Assembly: GCA_001949185.1 (NCBI GenBank)
Contig: BDGG01000012.1
Span: forward strand, 116,973-180,972
Direction: 5' to 3'
Source of the DNA: Ramazzottius varieornatus
Lineage: Eukaryota > Animalia > Tardigrada
Length of the DNA stretch: 64,000 nt
Part shown: positions 61,898-64,000 of the stretch, in pieces
Numbering within the stretch: the first letter of the stretch is position 1
Layout of the letters: every line of letters begins with the position of its first letter
Made by a program: the position numbers and the translations under genes
Notes under the pieces: model-generated
Databases searched by the model: none
Told to the model about the DNA's origin: nothing
The model's input: only the letters and a program-made list of their open reading frames with translations

Positions 61898-63253
61898 ATG
61901 GAGGTGTTACTCGAGGTATTTTGCGAGCTGGAAGTTAGTCATAAGCAGCAGTTACGCCGGTCAGTACGCCGCAAAATTCTTCTTGTTCGCAACTGTTTAT
62001 GGCAATTATGTACTCTGTAATTTCTCTGACCTGAACAGGGTATCCAAGGTATGGCAGACGGTGCTCGCCCGCCCTTACCTGCAGAAGGCTGTCCGCCTGC
62101 ATCTTTCAGTTACCGCAGCTCTTTGTTTTCGGTATCCTGCTTCCACCTTCCAAAGGTCCAATTACTACTTTGACGAAGCGAAAGCACTTTCGGAAGCTTT
62201 CACTCGTTTCTGCTACATGCTTAAAAAACTGCGCAGATATTTCTCGAAGCACACCAAAGTACTAGAATTGAGATGGACAGAGTCCCCCACTGACCACCGT
62301 CATCTCGGCTGTGACTTCCTGGATTCAACGTATGTCTGCTTCTCGACATATCCCAAAGCCAGGTGACTCACTTGCTGCTGGATAACTATCACATCAAAGA
62401 CGGGCTTGACTTGACTTCCGTTGTTGAACGGCACCAGTAGAAAAATCAAGCTCACCCAACAAATTTGTCAGAGTCAGTTCATCTCCTCGGTTTCTGGTTG
62501 TAGGACACATTCCATCTCCAGCATTGCCTTTCGAAGATGTCGTTTCGACCTATTCGGGCCGATCTTCAATCCTCGGCACAATGTCCTATGTCAAGGCAAC
62601 GATTGCGAGTTTCTGCCACATCTGCAGCCCGTCCCAACGAAACAGCGAGTCGCCGAAGGGGTCCTGCTGGGTTCACAGACGACGTTTTTGCCTTGAGTTT
62701 AAAGCTCTGTTGCTGCTGTCTTCGTGGCATAATCTGAGCAGAAACAGAGCATCCTGCTCACTTGAAGCTGGAAAAAATGAGAGAACTTTTGGATTTTGAA
62801 GAACCGTTTTCGGATACAGCAGGAACCGCGATCCGGCTAGGGCGGGAGCCGCTGGACTCCCCTCTAAAGATCTGAGTTCCGATTTCACTTCATGTTTTAC
62901 GGTCAGGCGGTATTGATAAGGAGGACGTGGAGAGGTTCAAGCTGGCGATTGACCAAAGCTTTGGACCGATACCATATGATGCCATCGCGGCACTTCCGGC
63001 GGAGGTACTCAGACTTTCGGGCTACGAGAAGCTGCGGTGGAAAGTGGAATTGACAAGGTAATAAGTATTCTTCCGGTTGAAAATTAATTTCAATCTGCGT
63101 TTCTGGACTTTGGTGAGGCCACGGTGTTGCAGGTGTGAAAACCGTTACTCGCCGTCGAACCCGGAAGACATCGACTTGGAAACTGTAAACTGGAGTCGAC
63201 TGCGACCTTCTACCTTGCCTTTCTTTCTCTGCTTCAGGGAAGCTCTCATCTAG
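61898..63253 (+). CDS. F-box-like protein (multi-exon; start uncertain)
   Basis: Spliced MEVLLEVFCELEVSHKQQLRR|VSKVWQTVL resembles an F-box; downstream in-frame exons end ...FREALI-stop. Confidence 0.55.
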
Positions 63254-63370
63254 CTGCTGTTTCGCCCTCAATAACTTAAGGTAGCTAGATTAGGAACATT
63301 TGCATTCGAATTATTACAAGCTTGCAATAAATCAAATCCTAATTGTTGGTTAGTCCGTCGATGACCGTCG

Positions 63371-64000
63371 TTATGGAATACTGTGACTGTACGAGGTACT
63401 CTGGAACTCATCCATACAACTGTACATTCCGAAAATGTCATCTGAGCTCTCCAGAACCTTTCTTGGCAAGACCCTGAAAAAACCAATGGGTCTTCATGAG
63501 CAACGACTGTGTGTGCACTTCAGTTACCTTTCAATACCGTGCGAATGACTGCAATCTACATGTGTAGAGAGCACTGGTACCTGTAAACAGGAAGGAGGAA
63601 CCGCATTACGGCCGGCAGGATTAAATGCCGCTCCTTCAGCTGCATCGAGCGAACAATCCGTTCCGCTAAGTAATCCGGCTCCACGACGGGTATCAGTCGA
63701 GGAAACCGACTCTTCGCTCCCTGGAACAAGCCAGTATGCACCAAGTACGGGCAAACTAACGTTGTACACACTCCCGGCTTCCCGCTGGCCAGAATTTCCA
63801 GCGTTAGCGTCTCATGGAATGAGTTCATCGCGGCTTTCGATCCACAATAGTCGCCCATCTTGCATATACCGGCGTAACCAGCGACGCTGGATATCGTCAC
63901 GATGTGCCCAGAGTTTTGGTTCAGCATATGCGGAAGGAAAGCTTTCACCGTCTGCAACGAAACGTCATGTCAAAATAATTAAGAAGAGTGTTCGCAGAAA
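63371..64000 (-). CDS. Short-chain dehydrogenase SDR16C family (RDH10/SDR16C5-like), 3' part only
   Basis: KAFLPHML...GHIVTISSVAG...DYCGSK...TLVCPYLVHTGLF. Confidence 0.88.

Overview
Gene-dense eukaryotic (invertebrate) genomic DNA with very short introns and three small N gaps. The gene content is consistent with a compact tardigrade-like genome; this is inference, not proven. There are about 24 protein-coding genes: two tandem tetraspanins, PEX12, YY1/pho-like, TFG, mRpL50, adrenodoxin, OSGEPL1, WS/DGAT-like, a THAP protein, an ELM2-SANT-GATA-like protein, a catalytically degenerate receptor guanylate cyclase, RPUSD2, a 3-dsRBD protein, NDUFB9, FAM192A, RpL26, mRpS23, RpL23A, PVF, ACAT2, a SAM-domain protein, an F-box protein and a partial SDR16C. 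One tRNA-Pro(AGG) is also present. The main discovery is in the ORF-poor 36.6-41.8 kb interval: a minus-strand non-coding snoRNA host gene (UHG/SNHG1/GAS5 type) with about 22 tiny exons and 21 introns. Twenty introns carry a box C/D snoRNA candidate and one carries a possible H/ACA RNA. Many guides are complementary to conserved 18S/28S rRNA segments (U25-, U27-, U30-, U31-, U18-, U43-, U62- and snR190-like). The window also has an abundant, almost exclusively intronic palindromic element family (core AAGTGGCGCAC...GTGCGCCACTT, 17 loci) and several TA-flanked MITEs. All rRNA target calls come from recalled conserved rRNA sequence, not from alignment to this organism's rRNA.
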